From positions 1 to 52,496 of IMG/VR virus record IMGVR_UViG_3300028045_000022: a DNA stretch of 52,496 nt; one strand, given 5' to 3'. This document shows, piece after piece, positions 10,159 through 20,158 of this stretch (its first letter is position 1; the number at the start of each line of letters is the position of its first letter). The translations under genes and the position numbers were made by a program. The notes below the pieces were generated by a model, which saw nothing but the letters and a program-made list of their open reading frames with translations, ran no database searches and was not told the origin of the DNA. The DNA comes from a virus (Duplodnaviria > Caudoviricetes).

Positions 10159-11115
10159 TTATTTAATAAAATGCCAACGATTTATTATATTATTATAATA
10201 TTCAGATAAATTACTGTTTATTACAAAATCGGTTGCAGACTTAACAACGTCAATATCTGCGTCTATTCTATTGATTGGCATAATAGTTTCATTCATAATA
10301 TGTTCAGTTCGTATATAGTATAGCATAGAACGCAAGTGAAAGCGATTTTTAACTTGCATTAAAACGTCATCTCTAACTCGTCTTTGGAATATTAGTTCGT
10401 TTATACCAGCTTCACGAAACATACCAGTATAAGGTAACATATATTCTCTCTGAAACCAGTCAGCTAATTCTTCAGCTTCCCAGTTCGTCCTAGTCCATAA
10501 ATTATATTGAACTAAATTATCAAAAAATTGACCTTTGACTTTTATATATTTTAAAATTTTATCATTATATTCTACAAATTTATTATCACTATTTTCTCGT
10601 AAAAGAGATTGATGTTCTTTATTGAAAACTAATACTAGTTCGCGTTCTCTAGGTTTTAATTCTTGTGTACCACGGAAAGGTGTACCACTAACTGTACCTG
10701 GTTCTGTTCTAACAATACCCCAAGTTATATGAGGTTGAGGAACATTATTTAATGTGTCATATTCATCATAGTTACGAGTATATAGATCAGATCTATAATG
10801 TGGCATATTTTTATAATCACTAGGATTAATAGTAGGTATAGTTTCCATATATTTAGGATCATCTTCAGATAATAAATAGTCTGGAAAGTCTGGAGAAAAT
10901 ACAAGTTTAGGATTAATAATAGATAATGACTTAGTCATTAACGTATGCATTTCTAATATAGTTTGTATAGAACCAGTACTTTTATTTTTAGGTATATTCT
11001 GTTGGTATTGATTTATAATTTGATTAGATTTACCATCTAAAACAACAAAAGATAAGTCAGAAGCTATACCTGGATTAATACCAGCATTTTTAAAAAATTG
11101 AGTATCGAAAAACAT
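10159..11115 (-). CDS. putative tail terminator/completion protein
   Basis: Directly upstream of the sheath, with GQFFDNLVQYNLWTRTNWEAEELADWF. Start moved to ATG 11115 to avoid overlapping the upstream gene. Confidence 0.55.
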   Translation of the reverse strand: MFFDTQFFKNAGINPGIASDLSFVVLDGKSNQIINQYQQNIPKNKSTGSIQTILEMHTLMTKSLSIINPKLVFSPDFPDYLLSEDDPKYMETIPTINPSDYKNMPHYRSDLYTRNYDEYDTLNNVPQPHITWGIVRTEPGTVSGTPFRGTQELKPRERELVLVFNKEHQSLLRENSDNKFVEYNDKILKYIKVKGQFFDNLVQYNLWTRTNWEAEELADWFQREYMLPYTGMFREAGINELIFQRRVRDDVLMQVKNRFHLRSMLYYIRTEHIMNETIMPINRIDADIDVVKSATDFVINSNLSEYYNNIINRWHFIK

Positions 11116-11125
11116 AATTATACCT

Positions 11126-11668
11126 TTAATATGTAACGTTGTTATATTTACATACAACTTGTAGATATTGAACATTACCATTTTCTAATCTATACGGATG
11201 TACTCTATCAATATCGTATTTTTCTACAAATGTATAACTTGTAGGTTTATTAGTATGATCTAAAACATTTAGTTCGAAAATCTGATCACCATCTCTTAAT
11301 GGAACATCATATTCTAAATAATATGAAAATTTATGACCAGTAATTTCACCAGCTTTAATACCATCGATAGATGATCTTGTAAGTCTACTAGGTGCACGTC
11401 TTGCTCTAATTAAATAATCAGTATAAGGGTGTGATGGTCCACCAACACCCTCTTTAGAAAATTCATTGAAATATTTAGATTTTTCGTCACCAGCAAATAC
11501 TCTAGCAATAACCCAATGACCTAATGGTTTCTTAAATGTAGTACCGTATAATATTCTATTCATTTCTATTCTAAGATCTATACCATCAGCGTCTGAAACC
11601 AAACCAGGATAATAAGTATCTTGAATCGCATTATCGGTAGAAACAGTAGTATCTTTAAAAAAATTCAT
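11126..11668 (-). CDS. putative head closure / head-tail joining protein
   Basis: Position in the neck cluster and a beta-rich C-terminal half. Confidence 0.5.
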   Translation of the reverse strand: MNFFKDTTVSTDNAIQDTYYPGLVSDADGIDLRIEMNRILYGTTFKKPLGHWVIARVFAGDEKSKYFNEFSKEGVGGPSHPYTDYLIRARRAPSRLTRSSIDGIKAGEITGHKFSYYLEYDVPLRDGDQIFELNVLDHTNKPTSYTFVEKYDIDRVHPYRLENGNVQYLQVVCKYNNVTY

Positions 11669-12828
11669 TAGAAATTACTCCTAGGATATCTAGTATTACC
11701 ATTTTGGAACCATGGTCCGTTAGCGTCAGGTCTAGTGTTAACTACTCTATTATGTGTGATATCATCGACGGGATGTGAAAAACCTTTACTAACATCATAT
11801 CTACCACGAACAGCATTATTAATACCAGCACCAGTACCGCAAACAGTAGGACTATTACTAAGAATACCTTGAAGTCCCATAAAACAATCATATAAATCTT
11901 TTTTAGGATCGACGGAACTACCATCGCCGCCACCACCACCATTATATTTGATGGACATATCACCAAGTGTTTTAGTTTGACCTCCACCGTTACCGTCAAC
12001 TTGTCGCATTCTATCTAATAGATTAAATAAATCATATGCGGTTTTACACTCGACATATCTACGAATATTAGAAGGTATTCCGTCAGGTCCACAACCATAA
12101 TAATCGTAACCTATTTTAGCAGCGCTACAATCTGGGCTAACATTCATTAAATCAATTGCTTCTAATGAATTTCTATGTATATATCTATTAATAGTATCTA
12201 CCGCAAATTTATCACCTTCAACACCAAGCATTAGAATTATTCTAGTAGCAGTTGTAAATAGCGGACAATATTGACTAGTAAATGTGAAGTTTTCACTACT
12301 TACTAATTTTAGATTATTTTCACTATAAATAGCATTAGATATATTTACGCCATACTCGGTATTATATGCTAGTGATGAGACATATGATTCACCACTATAA
12401 TACGATGCTGGGAGAATATAAATATCATCATCATCTACTAAAAATCTATATTCAAATCTATCATATATATCAGAATACGCTAATTCGTCAATAGTAACAT
12501 CTATAGTTTTAGTTAATATATTACGCCTATTAGTAATAGCATCCATTTGAATAGAATATATAGTATCTACAATTCCACTATTAACTAATACAGCAATATT
12601 AGCATTATCACAAATATCAGGATCACGCGTAAATATAGTATTATAATTGCCACTAACGGCATCCGAATATGTTTCTAAACGATCTGTGTATAAACCACTT
12701 GCGTGATCATCATTAACATATACGTTATAATCTCTAATAGTTTCACCAGATGCCAATAACGTATCATAATTAAAAATAAGATTATAGAATCTATCACTTG
12801 TTTTACTAAATATTAAATTTCCAGACAT
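11668..12828 (-). CDS. putative head-tail adaptor (neck) protein
   Basis: FTSQYCPLF...RRYVECKTAYDL...KTLGDMSIKY resembles adaptor proteins; gene order supports the call. Confidence 0.5.
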   Translation of the reverse strand: MSGNLIFSKTSDRFYNLIFNYDTLLASGETIRDYNVYVNDDHASGLYTDRLETYSDAVSGNYNTIFTRDPDICDNANIAVLVNSGIVDTIYSIQMDAITNRRNILTKTIDVTIDELAYSDIYDRFEYRFLVDDDDIYILPASYYSGESYVSSLAYNTEYGVNISNAIYSENNLKLVSSENFTFTSQYCPLFTTATRIILMLGVEGDKFAVDTINRYIHRNSLEAIDLMNVSPDCSAAKIGYDYYGCGPDGIPSNIRRYVECKTAYDLFNLLDRMRQVDGNGGGQTKTLGDMSIKYNGGGGGDGSSVDPKKDLYDCFMGLQGILSNSPTVCGTGAGINNAVRGRYDVSKGFSHPVDDITHNRVVNTRPDANGPWFQNGNTRYPRSNF

Positions 12829-12831
12829 AAT

Positions 12832-13503
12832 TTACTCCAAAACATTTTTAGTAGTAACGTTTATATAAGCGTTATAATCTATACCACTAGCTGGCATAGA
12901 ATCATTAAATGTTAATTTGAAGTATTTCAATTTATTAAATGGTATATTAGATTGTAAATGTGTAGGATATGTATTTAGTACTTCGAGATCACCAGTAGGT
13001 TCAATAGTAATCGCTATAGTTCCACTAGATGTACCATCAATAAGATCTTGAATTCTAGCAGCTTCGGTATAATCTTCACGTTCAACTGCTGCTGCTAGAT
13101 CAATTAACCATTGTTCATATTGAGTTGGTTCAGTATTATTAACTGTAGATATACCAGTATAAAATTTAAACGAATATTTGTCTTGAATATAGCTGCCATC
13201 TGTAGCCATTACACTATCAGGATAATCTGGTACAACAACATTATATGTCGTTTCAGGATCAAGATAAGTATCAGGTGTAAATGTAAGTATACTAGCAACA
13301 CCTGATATTGTACCTTTATTATAATACTCCCAACCAACTGTACCTTCAACTGGATTATATAAATAATCAGTAACAATAATATTATTATTTTTTACAGTAG
13401 ATGTATTAATTTCTCTATCAAGAAAGATTTCTATTCTTGGATTTCGTACAACATCTTGTTGATGTATACTTGGATAATGTCCAGAAATCAAAATAGCAGC
13501 CAT
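12832..13503 (-). CDS. Ig-like (SbsA/Big_5-type) domain virion protein
   Basis: YPS...VVRNPRIEIFLDREINTSTV...LTFTPDTYLDPETTYNVVV...YSFKFYTG pattern. Confidence 0.6.
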   Translation of the reverse strand: MAAILISGHYPSIHQQDVVRNPRIEIFLDREINTSTVKNNNIIVTDYLYNPVEGTVGWEYYNKGTISGVASILTFTPDTYLDPETTYNVVVPDYPDSVMATDGSYIQDKYSFKFYTGISTVNNTEPTQYEQWLIDLAAAVEREDYTEAARIQDLIDGTSSGTIAITIEPTGDLEVLNTYPTHLQSNIPFNKLKYFKLTFNDSMPASGIDYNAYINVTTKNVLE

Positions 13504-13523
13504 ATTTACAATCCTTAATCTAA

Positions 13524-14237
13524 TTAATTATTTGAATCATCATCTGATTCAAAATCTTCAACAGTAATAGGAGACATAGTAGGTCCTAACGAATTAAGTT
13601 TAGTTCTTAATGCTGCGAGTACAGTATCTCTAGGACGACTTAATCTATTATATCCTTTAAGTTCATAATCGAATAGATCCATTAAATTAACTCTAGCATT
13701 AATAGGAGCATCAGATATAAACTTAATTAAATCATCATGTTTAGTATTATTTAACTTGTCATACATTTGTTTATTTTTACCGTTAAAGATCATATCACCG
13801 TCTTTTTTAAAGGTGAAATCTTTTTTGAGTTTTTTATCAACAGTATCTACTGCTGGTTTTTCTGGGTCAAATTCTATTAGAATACCAGTATTATATGCAG
13901 TTATAATATTAGCTAGTTTAATTTTAGGAATATCCTCAGTGCAAAAATATGACTTATCGTCATCGACATCAACATAACCATAATCACCATGTTGTGTGCT
14001 AGTATTTTTATTTTTATCATCAGGAATTTCTTTACTATCTAAATAACCATTAGATTCAAAAGTATTCCATTCATCATCAGAAATATAACCTCTACCTACA
14101 AATTTAGTGGTAGTATTAAAAAGTGAAATATTAGAACAATTTTCACCCATGTTATCGAACCACATGGTTCCTTTAGCTAATTTTAAAAATTTTGGTAACG
14201 TAATATCATTTGTTTTTGTTGAACTCTTTCTAGCCAT
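13524..14237 (-). CDS. hypothetical protein (post-capsid)
   Basis: ORF track. ATG 14237 is preceded by AAGGAGGTG and a TATACTAT motif at 14275-14282. Confidence 0.7.
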   Translation of the reverse strand: MARKSSTKTNDITLPKFLKLAKGTMWFDNMGENCSNISLFNTTTKFVGRGYISDDEWNTFESNGYLDSKEIPDDKNKNTSTQHGDYGYVDVDDDKSYFCTEDIPKIKLANIITAYNTGILIEFDPEKPAVDTVDKKLKKDFTFKKDGDMIFNGKNKQMYDKLNNTKHDDLIKFISDAPINARVNLMDLFDYELKGYNRLSRPRDTVLAALRTKLNSLGPTMSPITVEDFESDDDSNN

Positions 14238-14293
14238 ATACACCTCCTTATAAATCGTTATATGGTTTCATATGATAGTATACGCTAAAAAGC

Positions 14294-14323
14294 AAAAAAA
14301 AGGATGACCGAAGCCATCCTTTT
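14294..14323 (-). terminator. rho-independent terminator after the major capsid gene
   Basis: Minus strand AGGATGGC-TTCG-GTCATCCT followed by a T run. Confidence 0.85.
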
Positions 14324-14348
14324 ATATTAAAAACTTATATCAAATAGA

Positions 14349-15662
14349 TTAAGCCATACCAGAAGGTGTAACGTTTCTATCTAATTCAGAAAGTGTTTGA
14401 GCATTAGTATTTTCAAAGTTATAGTTTCTATCTGTAGAAATATTACGAGCTACAGCGATTCCTTTACCTTGTTCGAGTAATGCAAGTCCCCACATTTCCT
14501 TAAGTTTGATATTTTCAATATCACGTTCAGGGTCAGACCAACGATCCATAGTAACTGGCATAGATTGTCCAATAAGACCACAGTTAGAAGAGTCAACCAT
14601 AACTAAGTTAGAAGTTGATCCTTTAGTAGTTTCATTAGCAGTACCAGGACTACGAGTACCATAAGTAAATGGTACATACTGAGTTACGAGAACTTCAAGT
14701 GGAGTTGGAAGATATTTAGGTGCAATATTAAATGTTGCTCCAAGTGGATTCAATGTTTGAGTCCAAGCGCTTCCGCCTTTCGCACTGTTACCAGAAGTTG
14801 CACTGTTACCAGTTGCAGTGGTTCTAAGTCCAAGTCCGTTATGAGATGTACCCCAGTTTTCAGCATAAGATCCGTTAGGATTCTTGTAAGAAGCTACAGT
14901 AGCACCTTCAAGAACAACTTCACGCATTTCAGTATCACACATGAAAGTTTTCCATGCAAGTGGGTGCATCATGATAGTATCAGGACTAAATCCACGATGC
15001 ATTAAGTAAGTATACATTTCGAATACATCGTTAACAGTCATAGAACCGTTACCGAGACCAGCAATGTTACGACCAGTAGTCGCACCAATGTATGCATTAC
15101 TTGGAGTTACGTTATCGAAAACGTCGTATCCCATTTCATTAATAAGTTTAGCAGCAGTACGTTCTTTATGGCGAGCAAGAGCACGACCAGCAGCACGTAA
15201 CCAGATACCAACTACATCAAATAGGTTTTCTCTAAGAACTTCTTCAGTAAGAGAAATTTTAAGACCGTGTTTATCGGTAGTAAGTGCTACCATATCTCCA
15301 CCGTCCATATCTACGAAACGTTCAGGATATTCACCACCCTGCCCAACACGTCCAGCTTCCATAGCACCGATAGCACCAATTTGGATTCTAGATCCGCGAG
15401 GGATATTTATTTCTTGGAATAATTTATCAACGATAAATAAGTTAGGTTCAATTGCTTCACGTACAACAGTCTCAACAGTCTGAGGGATAAAACGAGTAAG
15501 ATCTTGAGTACTGATTAAATCACGAAGTTCAAATATCTCACGGTTACCATCAGAGTCCTGCATTAATCCACGGTTAGTGAATGCGTCGTATACGTTGTTA
15601 AATAGAACCCGATCTTCAGTTGTTTTATAATCTCTAAGAGCTACTTCTTCTCTAATATACAT
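14349..15662 (-). CDS. major capsid protein (HK97-fold)
   Basis: 437 aa with FIPQTVETVVREAIEP, KHGLKISLTEEVL, AAGRALARHKE and PDTIMMHPLAW. Follows the protease and decoration genes and ends in a strong terminator. Confidence 0.88.
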   Translation of the reverse strand: MYIREEVALRDYKTTEDRVLFNNVYDAFTNRGLMQDSDGNREIFELRDLISTQDLTRFIPQTVETVVREAIEPNLFIVDKLFQEINIPRGSRIQIGAIGAMEAGRVGQGGEYPERFVDMDGGDMVALTTDKHGLKISLTEEVLRENLFDVVGIWLRAAGRALARHKERTAAKLINEMGYDVFDNVTPSNAYIGATTGRNIAGLGNGSMTVNDVFEMYTYLMHRGFSPDTIMMHPLAWKTFMCDTEMREVVLEGATVASYKNPNGSYAENWGTSHNGLGLRTTATGNSATSGNSAKGGSAWTQTLNPLGATFNIAPKYLPTPLEVLVTQYVPFTYGTRSPGTANETTKGSTSNLVMVDSSNCGLIGQSMPVTMDRWSDPERDIENIKLKEMWGLALLEQGKGIAVARNISTDRNYNFENTNAQTLSELDRNVTPSGMA

Positions 15663-15674
15663 AGTATTTCTCCT

Positions 15675-16775
15675 TTATGAAACCATCAATTGGATTCTAG
15701 CAACACCATAAGTACCAGTCTGTACAGCGTTTAGTACAGATTCAATAGTAGGTGTATTTCCTATAGCAGTTTCAGCTGCTACAACGAATTCGAACAAGAA
15801 GCTTGGAAGACCAGCAGTCTGAGTCCCTGGCATTCTTGATCCTGGATAAGTTTGCACTTCATCGAGTGCAGATTTAGGAAAGCGATTATCGATACCGATT
15901 ACTTTACCAACAGTTTGAGCCGTTTTATTTGCAGTTAAACTACCAGCGCTTTGTAATTTATAATTACCAATAGCATCAGAGTCAACAAATTGACCAGGTT
16001 TAAGACCAAGTGAATCACCATAAGTAGGTTTAACAGTTAAGTATGCATACTGATTAGAAACACCAGCAAAAAGTGCACGAGCAGCAGCATCATCTGTAGA
16101 TTCAGCACGAAGAGTTTGAACTCCAGAAGCTTCAATAGCATAAGGAACTTCAACATACCAGTCAGTTAATACATGTCCACCGTCAGGCCACATTCTATAG
16201 TTAAGATTTTTACCGCGAATATCTTGGTACCAATCATGGAATGCTACACCAATAGGAGCGTTAGCTGGCATTGGAAGTGCATCACCTGCTACAGCATAAG
16301 TACCTGAACCAGTAATAGAACCAGCAGTTACATCAAGTGCAGTATAGAATAAGTTAGTAGCAGTACCACCATTAGCAGGAACTACTAAATTAGTGATATA
16401 ATCATCATATCCAAAGTATGATTCAGTTTGTGAGTAAGTGCCAATTGCACTTGTTACTTGGTTTGTGAAACCATAAAGTGTTCCGCTTTCAGGAATATCT
16501 TTAATACCACCAGCTGGCGTTAAATCATATGCAGAAAGAGACCCTAAAATTCTACCTTTTGGGATTATAACGTAATCTTCAGTAGTTACATCTTTTTCAG
16601 TAACAGGTAGATATTTGAACGGTGCGAAATATTCCGCAGGGCGTTGACCTTCCGATACTTCGAAACGTGCTCTTTTAGCAAGAGGTGTTTCAGCGTATTT
16701 GTCGGGACGGTTTCTAATAGGCACTTTATGAGTATTCTGAGCTTGAAGATTCAATTGATAATTATCTAAAGCCAT
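15675..16775 (-). CDS. capsid-associated structural/decoration protein
   Basis: Between scaffold and MCP; IIPKGRIL...PANGG...APIGVA motifs; Gly/Ala/Thr-rich. Confidence 0.6.
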   Translation of the reverse strand: MALDNYQLNLQAQNTHKVPIRNRPDKYAETPLAKRARFEVSEGQRPAEYFAPFKYLPVTEKDVTTEDYVIIPKGRILGSLSAYDLTPAGGIKDIPESGTLYGFTNQVTSAIGTYSQTESYFGYDDYITNLVVPANGGTATNLFYTALDVTAGSITGSGTYAVAGDALPMPANAPIGVAFHDWYQDIRGKNLNYRMWPDGGHVLTDWYVEVPYAIEASGVQTLRAESTDDAAARALFAGVSNQYAYLTVKPTYGDSLGLKPGQFVDSDAIGNYKLQSAGSLTANKTAQTVGKVIGIDNRFPKSALDEVQTYPGSRMPGTQTAGLPSFLFEFVVAAETAIGNTPTIESVLNAVQTGTYGVARIQLMVS

Positions 16776-16776
16776 C

Positions 16777-18309
16777 TTATTCCTCCATAGTTAGAATATT
16801 GTTTTTAAAAAAGCGATCAATTTTACTTTGTTTTGAATCATCATTCGAATCCTCAATAATTGTAGTTTCATCGCTAGTACTATCATTATCTGATTCGCTA
16901 GAATCTTTTAATGTTTCGTCATTAACTTTTGGAATCGAATTTTCTGATTCATTTCTAAAGTCACTTAATGTATCCACTAAGCTTTCGACCTTTCTTGAAT
17001 CATACTTATTAAATTCCTCATCTTTATTTTCAGTAACTTTTTTAAAGTCAAGAATATTATCTACAAGAGCATGTTTATAATTCACAGTAAGTTGTGCGTT
17101 ATCGTCAAGCAACTTGTTGATTTCATCTTCTTTACTAATTAGTATAGTATCTTGTTCAGAAACTTTATCAGTTAATTCTGATTTTTCATCATTTATTTTA
17201 GTTATAGTATCGTTCAATTCATTATATTTAGTAACAATAAAGTCACAGAATTTAATAATTTCATCTTTTTTACCTTTAACTACTTCTTGATAATCATCAA
17301 TAGTATAGGTAACTTTTTCTTCATCTTCAACAATTTCTTCAGTTGCTTCATCTTCGGAAGGAAGATCTGCGTCTGGATTTTCGTCGAAAAATGTGGTGAT
17401 AGCTTTTACTTCTTCATCAGTAAATTCATCATCCATTCTAAAAACTAAAAGATCTTTTGTTTTTAATAATTCATCTTCTTGTGGTTCTATGTCAAATCTT
17501 TTACCTTTTCTATATAAGCTAGATTTAATTTTAGCTATAGTAGAATCGTCAAAATCTGAACTGTCAAGTAGTTTCAATCCTGCGGCAACGTGTTCCTCGT
17601 CATGAGCAGGGAAGCTTCTGTTAGGACCACAAAATGCTGACTCAGGTAATGTCTGACGACTTTCCTTAGTTAGTTTTGCTTTTTTGGTCATACCATCCTC
17701 CATATAAAAGTTGGTTAATAATTCTTCCTTATCATCAAGGAATTTGTCGTAAGCCATTGGGCCATCTCCAATATCTATAGATACTATTCGAGAGTATGAA
17801 TCCGCAGGATTGTTAACAAAAGAATTTTCTCTATAGGATATGTTATCCACTATCCAGTGTACTTTCTCACCATCAACTGTTGAACCTTTTTCATGTTCAC
17901 ATAAACCATCAACAGTTAATACTTGATCACAGTGCGAACATCTAACTCTAGATGTCGAACTTCCTACACTACAAGTATAGTATATTCCTTTTATAACTTT
18001 AGATATAGCTTCTTTATCAGTTATTCGAACTTGTAATTTAATAAAATCATTAGGTTCACCTTTAGTAGCAGCAGTATCCTCAATAGAGTATCCCATAATT
18101 CTACCAACGGCATCACTATGTTTATCGTGATGTAATAGTTGTGGTTTTTTATAAGGAGTTATCCAAGATTTACCACCACTGTTCGCAGCATCTATTGTAT
18201 ATAAAAGTGAATTACCATTTACGTAATTAAGATGTGTAGCATTGATATCAACATCAACAAACTCTAACTTTTCAATCAGATCGTCAAGGTTTTTATTTTT
18301 CTTCATCAT
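16777..18309 (-). CDS. prohead protease / scaffold fusion
   Basis: N-terminal KPQLLHHD...AVGRI...CSVGS...CSHC...CEHEKG...ENSFVNNPAD (HK97/XkdF-like protease with a Zn ribbon) and an acidic coiled-coil C-terminus. GGAG precedes ATG 18309/18306. Confidence 0.78.
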   Translation of the reverse strand: MMKKNKNLDDLIEKLEFVDVDINATHLNYVNGNSLLYTIDAANSGGKSWITPYKKPQLLHHDKHSDAVGRIMGYSIEDTAATKGEPNDFIKLQVRITDKEAISKVIKGIYYTCSVGSSTSRVRCSHCDQVLTVDGLCEHEKGSTVDGEKVHWIVDNISYRENSFVNNPADSYSRIVSIDIGDGPMAYDKFLDDKEELLTNFYMEDGMTKKAKLTKESRQTLPESAFCGPNRSFPAHDEEHVAAGLKLLDSSDFDDSTIAKIKSSLYRKGKRFDIEPQEDELLKTKDLLVFRMDDEFTDEEVKAITTFFDENPDADLPSEDEATEEIVEDEEKVTYTIDDYQEVVKGKKDEIIKFCDFIVTKYNELNDTITKINDEKSELTDKVSEQDTILISKEDEINKLLDDNAQLTVNYKHALVDNILDFKKVTENKDEEFNKYDSRKVESLVDTLSDFRNESENSIPKVNDETLKDSSESDNDSTSDETTIIEDSNDDSKQSKIDRFFKNNILTMEE

Positions 18310-20158
18310 TAATCTCCAATAATAATTCGAACGATTTAATTTCATCTATAATAGAATTAAAAACATAATCGTATTTTTCTTGTGAATCAATAGACGCTAA
18401 TCTATTAACTCTATCTTCAAAGCGTATTTTGAAAATCTTAAAGACTTCATCAGCTTTATCATAATCGTTATCTACAATCTTTAGTATAGTATTTTTAGCA
18501 TTCTGTAAGCTTTTATTAAGGAATGTAGTTCTATTCAAATTAGACTGACAATTATTATTATCTAATAATGTCTGCGCTATCTTATCTATATAAGATACAC
18601 TTTCAGATATGCAGTCTTTTTTAAATGTAGGTCTACTAAGTTGTTTACCATGTTGATTACTAGGTTGACTATTAGCTTTAACTTTATTTTCAGAAGCTTT
18701 AGTAGCAGATTTAGCTTTACTACCAGAACTATTAGTTTTAGCGCCACCACCAGTTGTTGTAGGTTTAGGTGCAGCTTTAGCAACTTTAATACTAGCATCA
18801 GCTTGTTTATCTATTTGTTTCATAGACTCTTCACTCTCAGCTTTAAGAAGAGGAATTTGAACTTGATTGATATATAGATCAGTATCTTTAATTTTAGGTT
18901 CCATATCCATTTCAATACGAGCTTCATCTCTAGTAATAAGATTAGCATGATATTTTTGAATAACGTGAGTCTGTTTTTTGATTGTAGCTTCTAAATCGAT
19001 TTCATTCCAACGAACTTCAAATTCAAAACGTTGAGGACTCCAACCACCATCAAGAATTAATTCTTTGATTAATTCCATTTCTAATTTTTCTTTAATTATT
19101 TGTTGGTATGATTTAGTTATAGCTTGCATAGAAAGATATGCAGCTTCAGCTGTATTTCTATTTGATGTGTCTGATTCACCCATAGCAACAGGTGAAACTC
19201 CAAGACCAGAATATACGCGTTTTTTGAAATGGTCTATATATTTAATAATATCTATAACATCATTATTTTGAGTTACAGTTTCAACATTATGAGTATGAGG
19301 AACACACATGATACCGTAAGTATTCATGTTATTAATTTCCATCGCAACAGAATCAACTTCACCAGGAGCAGCAGGATGATTATCTGTACCTACTTTATAT
19401 AGATATAATGGAACGGCATATTGAAATCCTAAAATTTCTGCTTCTTCTTCAAGTTTACGTAATGCTCTAACGTCATCTAATATAGAAACTAAACTAGATC
19501 TACCAGTTAATAAACCTGGGACTTTATTATAGTACATATGTATAACGTCATCAGCAGCAAAGATACGTTCAGAACCATTAATTACTTGTTTATAATATTT
19601 AACTTGATTGTTTTTATCTAGACCTATTTTAATAGTTGTAGCGTCGGCGACAAATAGACCAACGATAGGTCTATAGTTTTTATTATACATATTATAATTT
19701 TTACCAGTTTTAGAAACACTAGATTTACGCGTTTTTATAAGAAAGGCATTTCCATATGTAACTAATTGTCTAGATAAAGTATTAACTAATTCTGTAGTTT
19801 TTATATTTGTAAACATTTCTATTTCAGTTAATCTACTACTAACATGCTTATAAACTTTATCATCAGGAACCACAACTTCATATCCGTTTTTATTTATCTG
19901 CTCTGTGAAAACGTTAACTGATCTATTTAAAATACCATCGAGTTGAACAGCTGTAGCTATAGTAGTTAAATCATATTCTGAATCTACAAATTCCACACTA
20001 TTAAGTTTATTATAATTAGAATTTTTAATATATTTAGGTCGACTAAATTTTAATGATGGATCTTTAACTGTAGCATCAGTAATATCACCACTAAAATTTA
20101 ACTCAATATCGTCTTCAAATTTAACTGTACTAATTGAAAATAAGTTTTTTAAATTCAT
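18293..20158 (-). CDS. portal protein
   Basis: QLVTYGNAFLIK, DDVIHMYYNK...GRSSLVSILDDVRALRKLEE and GLGVSPVAMGESDTSNRNTA; upstream of the protease. Confidence 0.85.
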   Translation of the reverse strand: MNLKNLFSISTVKFEDDIELNFSGDITDATVKDPSLKFSRPKYIKNSNYNKLNSVEFVDSEYDLTTIATAVQLDGILNRSVNVFTEQINKNGYEVVVPDDKVYKHVSSRLTEIEMFTNIKTTELVNTLSRQLVTYGNAFLIKTRKSSVSKTGKNYNMYNKNYRPIVGLFVADATTIKIGLDKNNQVKYYKQVINGSERIFAADDVIHMYYNKVPGLLTGRSSLVSILDDVRALRKLEEEAEILGFQYAVPLYLYKVGTDNHPAAPGEVDSVAMEINNMNTYGIMCVPHTHNVETVTQNNDVIDIIKYIDHFKKRVYSGLGVSPVAMGESDTSNRNTAEAAYLSMQAITKSYQQIIKEKLEMELIKELILDGGWSPQRFEFEVRWNEIDLEATIKKQTHVIQKYHANLITRDEARIEMDMEPKIKDTDLYINQVQIPLLKAESEESMKQIDKQADASIKVAKAAPKPTTTGGGAKTNSSGSKAKSATKASENKVKANSQPSNQHGKQLSRPTFKKDCISESVSYIDKIAQTLLDNNNCQSNLNRTTFLNKSLQNAKNTILKIVDNDYDKADEVFKIFKIRFEDRVNRLASIDSQEKYDYVFNSIIDEIKSFELLLEINDEEK

